64,000 nucleotides of DNA from Planctomycetota bacterium (lineage in GTDB: Bacteria; Planctomycetota; PLA2; JAEUHO01). How positions within the stretch are numbered: position 1 is the first letter of the stretch; every line of letters begins with the position of its first letter. Of the stretch, positions 18,400-25,655 are shown piece after piece. Position numbers and translations under genes: made by a program. The DNA is taken from positions 6,488 through 70,487 of the forward strand of contig JANQJW010000103.1 of assembly GCA_028281445.1 (NCBI GenBank), in the 5' to 3' direction. The notes beneath the pieces are model-generated. The model did not search any database and was not told where the DNA came from. It worked only from the letters and a program-made list of their open reading frames with translations.

Positions 18400-21300
18400 G
18401 TGACCCAACCCGAGTCCGTCCCGCTGGAGTCGTTGCTCGCCCACACGGGCTGGGTGCGCGGGCTCGCACTCCGCGTGGCCCGCAACCGGGCCGACGCAGA
18501 CGATCTCGAGCAGGAGACCTGGCTACGGATCCTCAGGGCACCGCCCAGGCGCAGCGCAGGACTCCGCGCCTGGATCAAGGTGGTCCTCTCGAACGCATTC
18601 CGCGACACGCGCCGGTCTGAGAGCCGACGCACGTACCGCGAGGAGGCCGTTGCGAGACCCAACAGCGCTCGCTCCACCGAGGTCCTGGTTGCGGAAGCGG
18701 AACTGCACCACCGGGTCGCGAGCGAGGTGCTGCGCCTCCCGGAGCCCTACCGCTCCGTTCTCCTCCGTCGCTACTACCAGGGCCTGCCGCCTCGTTCGAT
18801 TGCCGAACGGACCGGCCTGCCGGTAGAGACGGTCCACACCCAGCTCAAGCGCGCGCGGAAGCGACTGCGCAGCGCGCTGCAGGAGCGGTCCGGTCGGGAG
18901 CAGCTCGGGACACTGGGGCTCGCGCCGGCGGCGAACGGCTGGATCTCGAAGGGAGCGATACTCGTGAGCGCGAGCACCAAGAAGTGGGCCGCCCTGTCCG
19001 GCGCAGTCCTGCTCCTGATCGGCGGCGTCGTTGCCGTGAACTCCCTGTCGTCCTCCGATGCGCCGCGCCCGCAGGAGACGCCCGGCGCGCTGCAGACATC
19101 GGCTCCCACCCTCGAGTCGAAGCCTGTTCGAAAGCGGGCTCCGGGCCCGTCGACAGAACGCGTGCCGGAGGCGCGCGTGGGGCGTCTTCACGTCCGGGTC
19201 ACCAAGGGTGAGGGCCAACCCGTAGCGGGCGCGGCCGTCAACGTGTATCCGGGCGGCTTGCGGCAGCGCATCCGTTGGCTCGATCTCGACCGCACGTACG
19301 ACGACCCGATGCCCGCGCACTCGGCCACCACCGATGTCCGCGGGGAAGCACGCTTCGACGCGCTGCGCGTCGGCGGGTGGGTCGTCGTGGCGACGAGTCC
19401 GGGCTTCGCGCCCAGCGGGGTGAGCCTGCCTCGATTCTCGGCGGACGGCGAGCTAACGATCGACCTTCGACTCGAACCGGGCGGACGCGTCGCAGGGCGC
19501 GTCTTCGATGCGGAGGGCCGCACGGTAGCCGACGCGCTCGTCATCGCCTCGCGCACTAGCCTCGGACGGTTCGGGGCGGTCGAAGTGCGCGCACGGTCGA
19601 CCAGGGAAGGCGAGTACGCCTTCGAAGACCTACCGCCCGGTGTGCTCTCGCTCGAGGTGCGCGCCCCACGTCACGCGGTCCACCGCGTAGGCTCCATCGT
19701 GGCTCCGATGGCGCGAGGCTTCGACATCCACCTTCCGCGCACGGGGCGCGTCGTAGGCCGTCTCCTCGGACCGAGCGGAGCGCCTGTGCCCGACGCGCAG
19801 GTCGAGCTCCACATGTGGGCGCGCGGCTTCGCCGAGACGAGCACGGATCACGAGGGACGCTTCGAGCTCTTCACCGAGAAGCCGATCCGCTCGGCGTTCC
19901 TGACGGCCCGCGTCCGAGGCTTCCTGCTCGATCCAGGGCAGCCCTACTACCACCTCGCTTCGGCCTACATCGGAAGCTGTCTCGACATTCCCCCACCCGC
20001 AGTCGGCGAGACGCGGCACGTGGAAATGCGATTGATCAAGGGCGCGAGGCTGCAGGGACGCGTGCTCGGACCGAACGGCCCGCTTGCCGGGGCCCGCGTA
20101 CGCGTCGTGACCATCGGAACCGAGGCGGCTGTGGGCGCCTTCGGGACCGAGACGAACGCCGAGGGGCACTACGTGCTCGAAGGTCTTCCCGCAGGCTTGC
20201 TTCTCGTGCGCGCCGAGCATGAGTCCTACACCATTCCCGGCCTTCCGCGCGACGGCGTACGCCTGCACGCGGTTCGATCCGGCGCGACGGATCCGCTCTC
20301 AGTGACACTGGGGGCGGGGGCGACGGGTCGCCTCGACATCACACTGGAGAAGGGCGCCGTCATCACGGGTCGGGTGGTGACAAGCGACGGCAAGCCGGTG
20401 GCCGGCGCATCCGTCTGGGCCGGTCAGCCAGTGGAGACTCGGGAAGTGGCCAACGCCCGTTCCGCGGCCGACGGTACGTTCACCCTGGACCCCGTCGACC
20501 TTACGCGAAAGGGCTGGGTAAGCGTCAGGCATCCCCACTTCCTTCCGCATTGCGTCGCAGTGAAAGCCTCCGACGAGAACCGCGCAGAGGTGACGCTCGA
20601 GCTGCATGCGTTCCGAGTCGCAAGAGGTCGTGTCACCTCCGAGAGCGGCGACGTGCCGGAGGGGACCGTCGTGCGGCTTGTCAGCTACGGAGCTTCGAAT
20701 CGCCAGGAGCTCTTTGGGAAGTTCGTCCACGCGCCCAAGCACGACGTGGGAGGCGACGGCTCGTTCGAGTTGCGCGTGCCCGTGCTCGAGGGTGCACTTG
20801 GCGGCCTCTGGATCCGCGCGGGCGCGCCCGGATACGCCGACGCGACTCTCGGTCCGCTCAAGGTGAAGCCCAACGAACCCATCTCTGACATCCGGATCGC
20901 CCTGGCGAGGGGTCATGACGTCGAGCTCGTCGTGACGGAACAGGGTGGCGCGCCCATTCCGGGCGCTTCCGTCGTGCTAGTGAGCTATGACGACGAGAAC
21001 AACCTCTACGAGCCGCGCGCGTATCGAGATCCCACGGACGCACACGGCTCGACCACATTGCGTGTGCTGCCGGACGGGCGGTTCTTCGCCGACGTGAGCG
21101 CCCGTGGTTTCGCACCGGCCCAGGTCGAGTGGGTCCTCCCGGGGCCCACGCGAATCGCGGTGCCCCTCGTTCGCGCCGCTCGCATCGAGGGCCGCGTTCG
21201 CGCGGAGACGGGCGCCTCACCAGCGGGTGCGCGCCTGGAGCTCTCGCCGCTTGAGGTCACACCGCGGCGCGGCCCCGGCATCCGGCCGTCGCCGACACCG

Positions 21301-21978
21301 GGGGAGGCCTTCGTCCAAGCCGACGGGCGCTTCGTCGTCGACGGGCTCGCGGCCGGCCGTTACCGAGTCGTGGTCTCACCGCCCGCGGGCTCAACCGGAC
21401 TGGGTGTCGTCACCCTCGAGTCGGTCGAAACCGGGACCCATGACCTGTCCATCACGCTCCCGGCGGCCGGGATCATCGTCGGCCGCGTGCGGGACCCGGC
21501 GGGCTATCCCGCCAAGGACGTCGTGGTCCGCGCGCTCGCCGAAGAAACGAAGTCGGGCTCCTGGAAGACGACGACGAAGCCCGACGGGACCTTCGAGATC
21601 GGCGGCCTGCGTAGCGAGCGGTTCGTCGTGCGCGTCGAGACGCCCCGCTGGGGCAAGCTGGGCGCGTTCGCGTGGATGCAACAGTCCGGCGTCGAGCCGG
21701 GTGGGTCCGAGTTGAACTTCATCCTCGTACGCGGCGCAACCATCGAAGGTCGCGTGGTTGACGGGACCGGGAAGGGGGTCCCCGGCCTTCCCATCGGAAG
21801 CCACGCGAAGTGGGTCATCACGGGGGAGAGCGGCGCCTTCGTGCTCCGCGGACTGCGGAAAGGCAAGCATCGCATTCGCGTGCAGTCCTGGGCGAACAGC
21901 ACCGGATTCCAGCGCCTGCTGGGCGCTGACGCGATCGAGGCCGGCGCACGAGGCGTCGAGCTGCGCGCAGCGCGCTAG
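18400..21978 (+). CDS. ECF sigma factor fused through a single TM helix to a ~950 aa extracytoplasmic array of about ten CarbopepD_reg-like repeats
   Basis: GTG start at 18400. Sigma regions 2 and 4 are DLEQETWLRILRA and LRLPEPYRSVLLRRYYQGLPPRSIAERTGLPVETVHTQLKRARKRL. The TM helix is WAALSGAVLLLIGGVVAVNSL. It is one uninterrupted 1192-codon frame. The stop TAG at 21976-21978 lies inside the IS target duplication and is therefore native. Confidence 0.8.
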   Translation: MTQPESVPLESLLAHTGWVRGLALRVARNRADADDLEQETWLRILRAPPRRSAGLRAWIKVVLSNAFRDTRRSESRRTYREEAVARPNSARSTEVLVAEAELHHRVASEVLRLPEPYRSVLLRRYYQGLPPRSIAERTGLPVETVHTQLKRARKRLRSALQERSGREQLGTLGLAPAANGWISKGAILVSASTKKWAALSGAVLLLIGGVVAVNSLSSSDAPRPQETPGALQTSAPTLESKPVRKRAPGPSTERVPEARVGRLHVRVTKGEGQPVAGAAVNVYPGGLRQRIRWLDLDRTYDDPMPAHSATTDVRGEARFDALRVGGWVVVATSPGFAPSGVSLPRFSADGELTIDLRLEPGGRVAGRVFDAEGRTVADALVIASRTSLGRFGAVEVRARSTREGEYAFEDLPPGVLSLEVRAPRHAVHRVGSIVAPMARGFDIHLPRTGRVVGRLLGPSGAPVPDAQVELHMWARGFAETSTDHEGRFELFTEKPIRSAFLTARVRGFLLDPGQPYYHLASAYIGSCLDIPPPAVGETRHVEMRLIKGARLQGRVLGPNGPLAGARVRVVTIGTEAAVGAFGTETNAEGHYVLEGLPAGLLLVRAEHESYTIPGLPRDGVRLHAVRSGATDPLSVTLGAGATGRLDITLEKGAVITGRVVTSDGKPVAGASVWAGQPVETREVANARSAADGTFTLDPVDLTRKGWVSVRHPHFLPHCVAVKASDENRAEVTLELHAFRVARGRVTSESGDVPEGTVVRLVSYGASNRQELFGKFVHAPKHDVGGDGSFELRVPVLEGALGGLWIRAGAPGYADATLGPLKVKPNEPISDIRIALARGHDVELVVTEQGGAPIPGASVVLVSYDDENNLYEPRAYRDPTDAHGSTTLRVLPDGRFFADVSARGFAPAQVEWVLPGPTRIAVPLVRAARIEGRVRAETGASPAGARLELSPLEVTPRRGPGIRPSPTPGEAFVQADGRFVVDGLAAGRYRVVVSPPAGSTGLGVVTLESVETGTHDLSITLPAAGIIVGRVRDPAGYPAKDVVVRALAEETKSGSWKTTTKPDGTFEIGGLRSERFVVRVETPRWGKLGAFAWMQQSGVEPGGSELNFILVRGATIEGRVVDGTGKGVPGLPIGSHAKWVITGESGAFVLRGLRKGKHRIRVQSWANSTGFQRLLGADAIEAGARGVELRAAR

Positions 21979-21979
21979 C
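21974..21979. repeat. left target-site duplication GCTAGC of the IS481-family element
   Basis: It is identical to the hexamer at 23016-23021, sits immediately outside the inverted repeats and contains CTAG. Confidence 0.6.
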
Positions 21980-23015
21980 TCTCAGTACCGAGCACGTTGT
22001 CGACACCCGGCCGGTAGGCGTTCAAACGGGGGCTTCCCGCCGATGCCTGCGTGGGGTCGTTCGCGATTGTAGTGCTCGAGCCAAGGCCCGAGGGCCTTGG
22101 CTCGGGCTCGGTCGCTGCGGTACGGCCGTGCGTAGGCCCACTCGCGCATCAGGCTCTGGATGAAGCGCTCGGCCTTGCCGTTCGTCTGCGGCCGGCACGG
22201 CCGTGTCTTGAGATGGCGAGCTCCGAGCGCCGCACAGGCGTCCCGGAAGGCGTAGCTGCAGTACGCCGAGCCGTTGTCGGTCATCACACGCTCGACGTCC
22301 ACGCCGTGTCTCTTCAGCCAGGCCGTCGCCCGTTCCAAGAAGGCCGTCGCCGACTCCTTGCGCTCGTCGGACAGGATCTCTACGTAGGCCGCCCGGCTGT
22401 GATCGTCCACGCAAACGTGCAGGAAGTCCCAGCCCGCTCCCTGGCTGCGGCGCCGGAGCTTGCCGGTGACTCGCTTGCCCGGGCAGCGGAACCGGCCCAA
22501 CTTCTTCACGTCCAGGTGGATCAGCTCACCCGGTCGATCGCGCTCGTAGCGCACGATCGGCTCCACGGGATCCAGGTACTTGAGCTTGCCCAGGCCCAGC
22601 CGGCGCAGAACGCCGCCAACCGTGGAGATCGCCATGCCGAGTCGCTTCGCGATTGCCCACGCGGTGAGGCGCTTTCGGCGCAGTTGCTCGATGCGTCGCT
22701 GAAGCCACCGCTTCGTTCGGTTCCAGACACGACCTGGGGCCGAGCTGCGATCCTCAAGGCCGGCATGGCCCTCTTCCTCGTAGCGCCAGAGCCATTTGTA
22801 GGCCGTAGCACGGCTGATGCCCATCGCGCAGGCCGCGTCCGAGACGCGCCAGTCCTCCTTCAAAACCCTCTGCACAAGTAGCTGGCGGGTCTTCGGTGTC
22901 GTTCGAGCGTTAGCATGCAGCTTCATCCTGGGATCCTCCCGGTGACGTGGGTTTGGTTTCGCAACCTCCACGTTCCGGGATTCCCGGGATGTCTACAACC
23001 TGCTCAGCAATGACA
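21980..23015. mobile_element. IS481-family insertion sequence (IS3 superfamily), about 1036 bp, with a single transposase, imperfect ~30 bp terminal inverted repeats and a 6 bp GCTAGC target duplication
   Basis: The left end TCTCAGTACCGAGCACGTTGTCGACACCCGG (21980-22010) matches the reverse complement of the right end CCGGGATGTCTACAACCTGCTCAGCAATGACA (22984-23015) at about 23 of 31 positions. It is flanked by GCTAGC at 21974-21979 and 23016-23021, consistent with the NCTAGN target preference of IS481. Confidence 0.8.
21982..22926 (-). CDS. IS481-family DDE transposase (rve integrase core)
   Basis: The ORF is trimmed to MKLHANARTTPKTRQLLVQRV (HTH). The DDE region is HLDVKKL...MTDNGSAY...TNGKAERF. 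This is the classic IS481 transposase architecture. Confidence 0.9.
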   Translation of the reverse strand: MKLHANARTTPKTRQLLVQRVLKEDWRVSDAACAMGISRATAYKWLWRYEEEGHAGLEDRSSAPGRVWNRTKRWLQRRIEQLRRKRLTAWAIAKRLGMAISTVGGVLRRLGLGKLKYLDPVEPIVRYERDRPGELIHLDVKKLGRFRCPGKRVTGKLRRRSQGAGWDFLHVCVDDHSRAAYVEILSDERKESATAFLERATAWLKRHGVDVERVMTDNGSAYCSYAFRDACAALGARHLKTRPCRPQTNGKAERFIQSLMREWAYARPYRSDRARAKALGPWLEHYNRERPHAGIGGKPPFERLPAGCRQRARY

Positions 23016-23021
23016 GCTAGC
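23016..23021. repeat. right target-site duplication GCTAGC of the IS481-family element
   Basis: See the left copy. It overlaps the TAG stop (plus-strand cta at 23021-23023) of the convergent methyltransferase gene. Confidence 0.6.
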
Positions 23022-23683
23022 TACCGGCCTCGCCGTGCCAGCACGTACACCCGCTCGGTCGGGTACTCCGTCTCGTACGCCGGCCGTGAGGTCGCCTCGA
23101 GAATGTCGAACCCTGCCCCCTCCACGAGCGACCGCATCTCATCGAGCTCGTAGAGCGTCACCGCCATGGGCACGGGCTCGTCGAACAGCGCGTCCTGCTG
23201 GAACGTCCCGGCACCACGATGGACGGACACGAGGAGCGGTGAACCAGGCGCCAGCGCACGAGCGAACTCCGCGAGGGCGTGCGGGGCGTCTTCTCGAACG
23301 ACGTTGATGAGCGAGTAGAGCGCGACGCAGCCCCCCCACGATCCTGTGGGCACCTCGAGCTCGAGCATGTCGCCGACCTGGAACGTGGCTTCCGGAACGA
23401 GAGAGCGCCCGAGCGCCACCATCTCGTCGCAGAGATCGACGCCGCACACCTCGAGCCCCATGCCGCAGAGGTGCCTGGCCACGTGACCGGGGCCACAGCC
23501 CACGTCCGCGACGAGAGCCCCCGGCGCAACCAGCCCGGCGAAGCGCTCGAGTAACGCGCGGTCGAAGGGCTTGTCGTCCAGCTCATGGAAGAGTCGCTCG
23601 ACGTACTGGTCCGCAACGCGCCCCCACCCGCGCGCTAGCGACCGCATCGCCTCTCGATTGAGCTCCGGTTCCGGCTGGGACAT
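23021..23683 (-). CDS. class I SAM-dependent methyltransferase
   Basis: The track ORF 23021..24199 is trimmed to MSQPEPELNREAMR (CAT at 23681-23683). The SAM motif I is LVADVGCGPGHVARHL, followed by motif II/III context GVDLCDEMV. Confidence 0.8.
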   Translation of the reverse strand: MSQPEPELNREAMRSLARGWGRVADQYVERLFHELDDKPFDRALLERFAGLVAPGALVADVGCGPGHVARHLCGMGLEVCGVDLCDEMVALGRSLVPEATFQVGDMLELEVPTGSWGGCVALYSLINVVREDAPHALAEFARALAPGSPLLVSVHRGAGTFQQDALFDEPVPMAVTLYELDEMRSLVEGAGFDILEATSRPAYETEYPTERVYVLARRGR

Positions 23684-23773
23684 GGCGTCAGGGTACTGGG
23701 GCGTTCGTTCGAGATGCCTACTCTGAAACCCAGGCAGGACGGCGGCCATCATCCCGGTGTCTGGAGGAGAACC

Positions 23774-24541
23774 ATGCCCATTCGATTCCATGCCATTGCA
23801 GCCGCGTTGGTCCTCTTGCTCGCCGCATGCGGCGGGGAGAAGGCACCCGACACCAAGAACCCGGACGGGCCCACCACGCCCAGCGAGCCGGGTCCCCTCG
23901 CCAAGGCGTTGGACGCCAAGAAGGCCGCAGGCATGAAGATGATGCCTGACGAGGTGAAGGCCGTGATCGAGAAGAGCGGTAAGGAGATCGCCGCGCTCGA
24001 CCTGGAGTCCCAGGCGTTGAACGTCGGCGCGCGAGCACCGGACTTCACGCTCTCCGACGGCAACGGCGAGTCCTACGAGCTCAAGAGCCTGCTCGAAGAG
24101 GGCCCGGTTGTCCTGACCTTCTACCGCGGCAAGTGGTGACCCTACTGCGACATCGCCCTCAAGGCGTACCGGCAGGTCCTGCCGGATATCAAGAAGCACG
24201 GCGCGACGCTCGTCGCCATCTCCCCCATGACGGCCGACAGCACGCGTGAGATGCAGACCGTGCTGGAGAACGCCTATCCGATCCTGAGCGATCCCGCGAA
24301 CAAGGTGGCGCGCACCTACAAGCTCGTGTTCGCGCTGCCCGCAGACCTGCGTCCGGTCTACGCGAAGTTCGGCATCGATCTCCCCGCGGACAACGGCGAC
24401 GACACCTTCGAGCTGCCCGTGCCCGCCACGTACGTCATCAGCCAGGACGGAACGATCCGGTGGGCCGACATCGACATCGACTACACGTCTCGCGCGGAGC
24501 CGCGCGACATCCTCGCAGCACTCGCCGCGCTATCGCCGTAG
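23774..24541 (+). CDS. candidate selenoprotein: a thioredoxin-fold redoxin/Prx-like lipoprotein with TGA at 24137-24139 read as selenocysteine in a W-U-P-Y-C motif
   Basis: Track ORFs 23714..24139 and 24227..24541 are in the same frame and separated only by the TGA. Translation continues through it as ...GPVVLTFYRGKW[TGA]PYCDIALKAYRQVLPDIKKHGATLVAISPMTAD.... The likely start is ATG 23774 (MPIRFHAIAAALVLLLAACGG, lipobox) with a GGAGGAGA Shine-Dalgarno. The joined 255 aa protein matches the AhpC/TSA-redoxin fold (ARAPDFTL.D..G....L, FYRGKWCxxC, ILSD). Confidence 0.55.
24169..24185 (+). promoter_or_regulatory. candidate SECIS-like stem-loop downstream of the in-frame TGA
   Basis: CCGGCAG-GTC-CTGCCGG forms a perfect 7 bp stem with a 3 nt G/U-containing loop. 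It starts 30 nt after the TGA and the apical loop lies about 40 nt after it, slightly beyond the canonical bSECIS window. Confidence 0.3.
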
Positions 24542-24549
24542 GGCAACCG

Positions 24550-25299
24550 TCAACTGCGCAAGACGTAGAAGGCGTAGCCGTAGTAGTCGGAGTAACACTC
24601 GAAGAGGGCGATCTCGGCGGCGGTCTCCTCTGCGACCCGGAGCGCCTCCGCGTCGCCCGCATGCCGGGCGCGGAACGCATCCAGCCGCTCCCGGAGAGGA
24701 CCGTAGTACTCGCGGGTCCAGCTCGCGTCCGGTAGCGGGAACGTGCCGACTACCACCCACCCACTCGCCTCGGCGGCCGCGATGTTGGCCTCCACACTGC
24801 GCATGCCCGGATAGCCCTGCGCCCAGAAGTCGGCCAGCTCGCGGGGCGGATCCGGACGGAACCAGGACGCCTCGGACACCACGAGGTAGCCCCCAGGCGT
24901 CAGCAGCGGCCGCCACGCCGCAAGTCCGGCATCGAAACCCATGATGTAGACCGCGCCTTCGCTCCACAGCAGGTCGAACGACCCGCCCTCGAACGGCAGC
25001 GACCGCATGTCCGCGGCGTGCGGCGTCACACGGGACGCGAGCCCGCGCGCGGCAGCGCGCTCCTCGAGGGCAGCCAGCACGCCGGGGACCAGGTCCGTGG
25101 CCGTGATCCTGCCATCCGTGTTCGCGGCGAGCGTCAAGGTCTGGGCGCCGGTGCCGCACCCGATGTCGAGGATGCGTGGCTGCGGCGGCAGCTCCGTCAG
25201 TCGTAGCGCCCTGAGCGTCGACTCGTCGTCACCGGGACCGAGTCGAGCGAGTCCCGCGTGCAGCTCGACGAGCAGCTCGATGGTCCGGTCTCCCTCCAC
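24550..25299 (-). CDS. class I SAM-dependent methyltransferase
   Basis: The SAM motif is ILDIGCGTGAQTLTLA. The start is placed at GTG 25297-25299 (VEGDRTIELLVE). The upstream 70 codons of the track ORF are R/S-rich low-complexity sequence typical of an out-of-frame shadow. Confidence 0.75.
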   Translation of the reverse strand: MEGDRTIELLVELHAGLARLGPGDDESTLRALRLTELPPQPRILDIGCGTGAQTLTLAANTDGRITATDLVPGVLAALEERAAARGLASRVTPHAADMRSLPFEGGSFDLLWSEGAVYIMGFDAGLAAWRPLLTPGGYLVVSEASWFRPDPPRELADFWAQGYPGMRSVEANIAAAEASGWVVVGTFPLPDASWTREYYGPLRERLDAFRARHAGDAEALRVAEETAAEIALFECYSDYYGYAFYVLRS

Positions 25300-25306
25300 G
25301 CAGGCG

Positions 25307-25624
25307 CTACTGCCGCAAGACCGCCATGTCCCCCACGCGGATGGTGCCGCTGGTCGACTGTCCATACGGCGTACCCACGGACTGCGACTCCCGGGCCTCG
25401 TGGATGATGATCTCGCCGACGACCTTGCCATCCCTCGTGATCGGAAGCGCCTGCCCGGAGCGCACGCCGTCCTTGGTTCCGAGCGAGACCACGACGGCGC
25501 CGCTCCCACCCGCTGCGGCCAACACGCGTCCGTACTTGGGTTTCGGCTTGTCGTTGCCGCCCGACAGGCCGCTGCAAGCGGTCAGGACGATGGCAGCCAT
25601 CAGGAGCGTGATCGTGTGTCGCAT
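25307..25624 (-). CDS. small lipoprotein
   Basis: MRHTITLLMAAIVLTACSGLSGGND lipobox. 105 aa. High GC3. Confidence 0.6.
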   Translation of the reverse strand: MRHTITLLMAAIVLTACSGLSGGNDKPKPKYGRVLAAAGGSGAVVVSLGTKDGVRSGQALPITRDGKVVGEIIIHEARESQSVGTPYGQSTSGTIRVGDMAVLRQ

Positions 25625-25655
25625 GCGCGCAGCATAGCCTCCCGCGACGCCAGTC

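Noticed and set aside
21976-21978. Possibility that the IS481-family element truncated the 3' end of the sigma-fusion gene
   Set aside because: The TAG stop lies inside the duplicated GCTAGC target. It was therefore present before insertion, and the gene end is native.
24137-24139. Treating the TGA in the redoxin gene as a nonsense mutation or pseudogene
   Set aside because: I did not adopt this as the primary reading, because the stop is at the exact catalytic Cys position of a WCxxC motif with the frame otherwise intact and followed by a hairpin. It remains the alternative if no Sec machinery exists.
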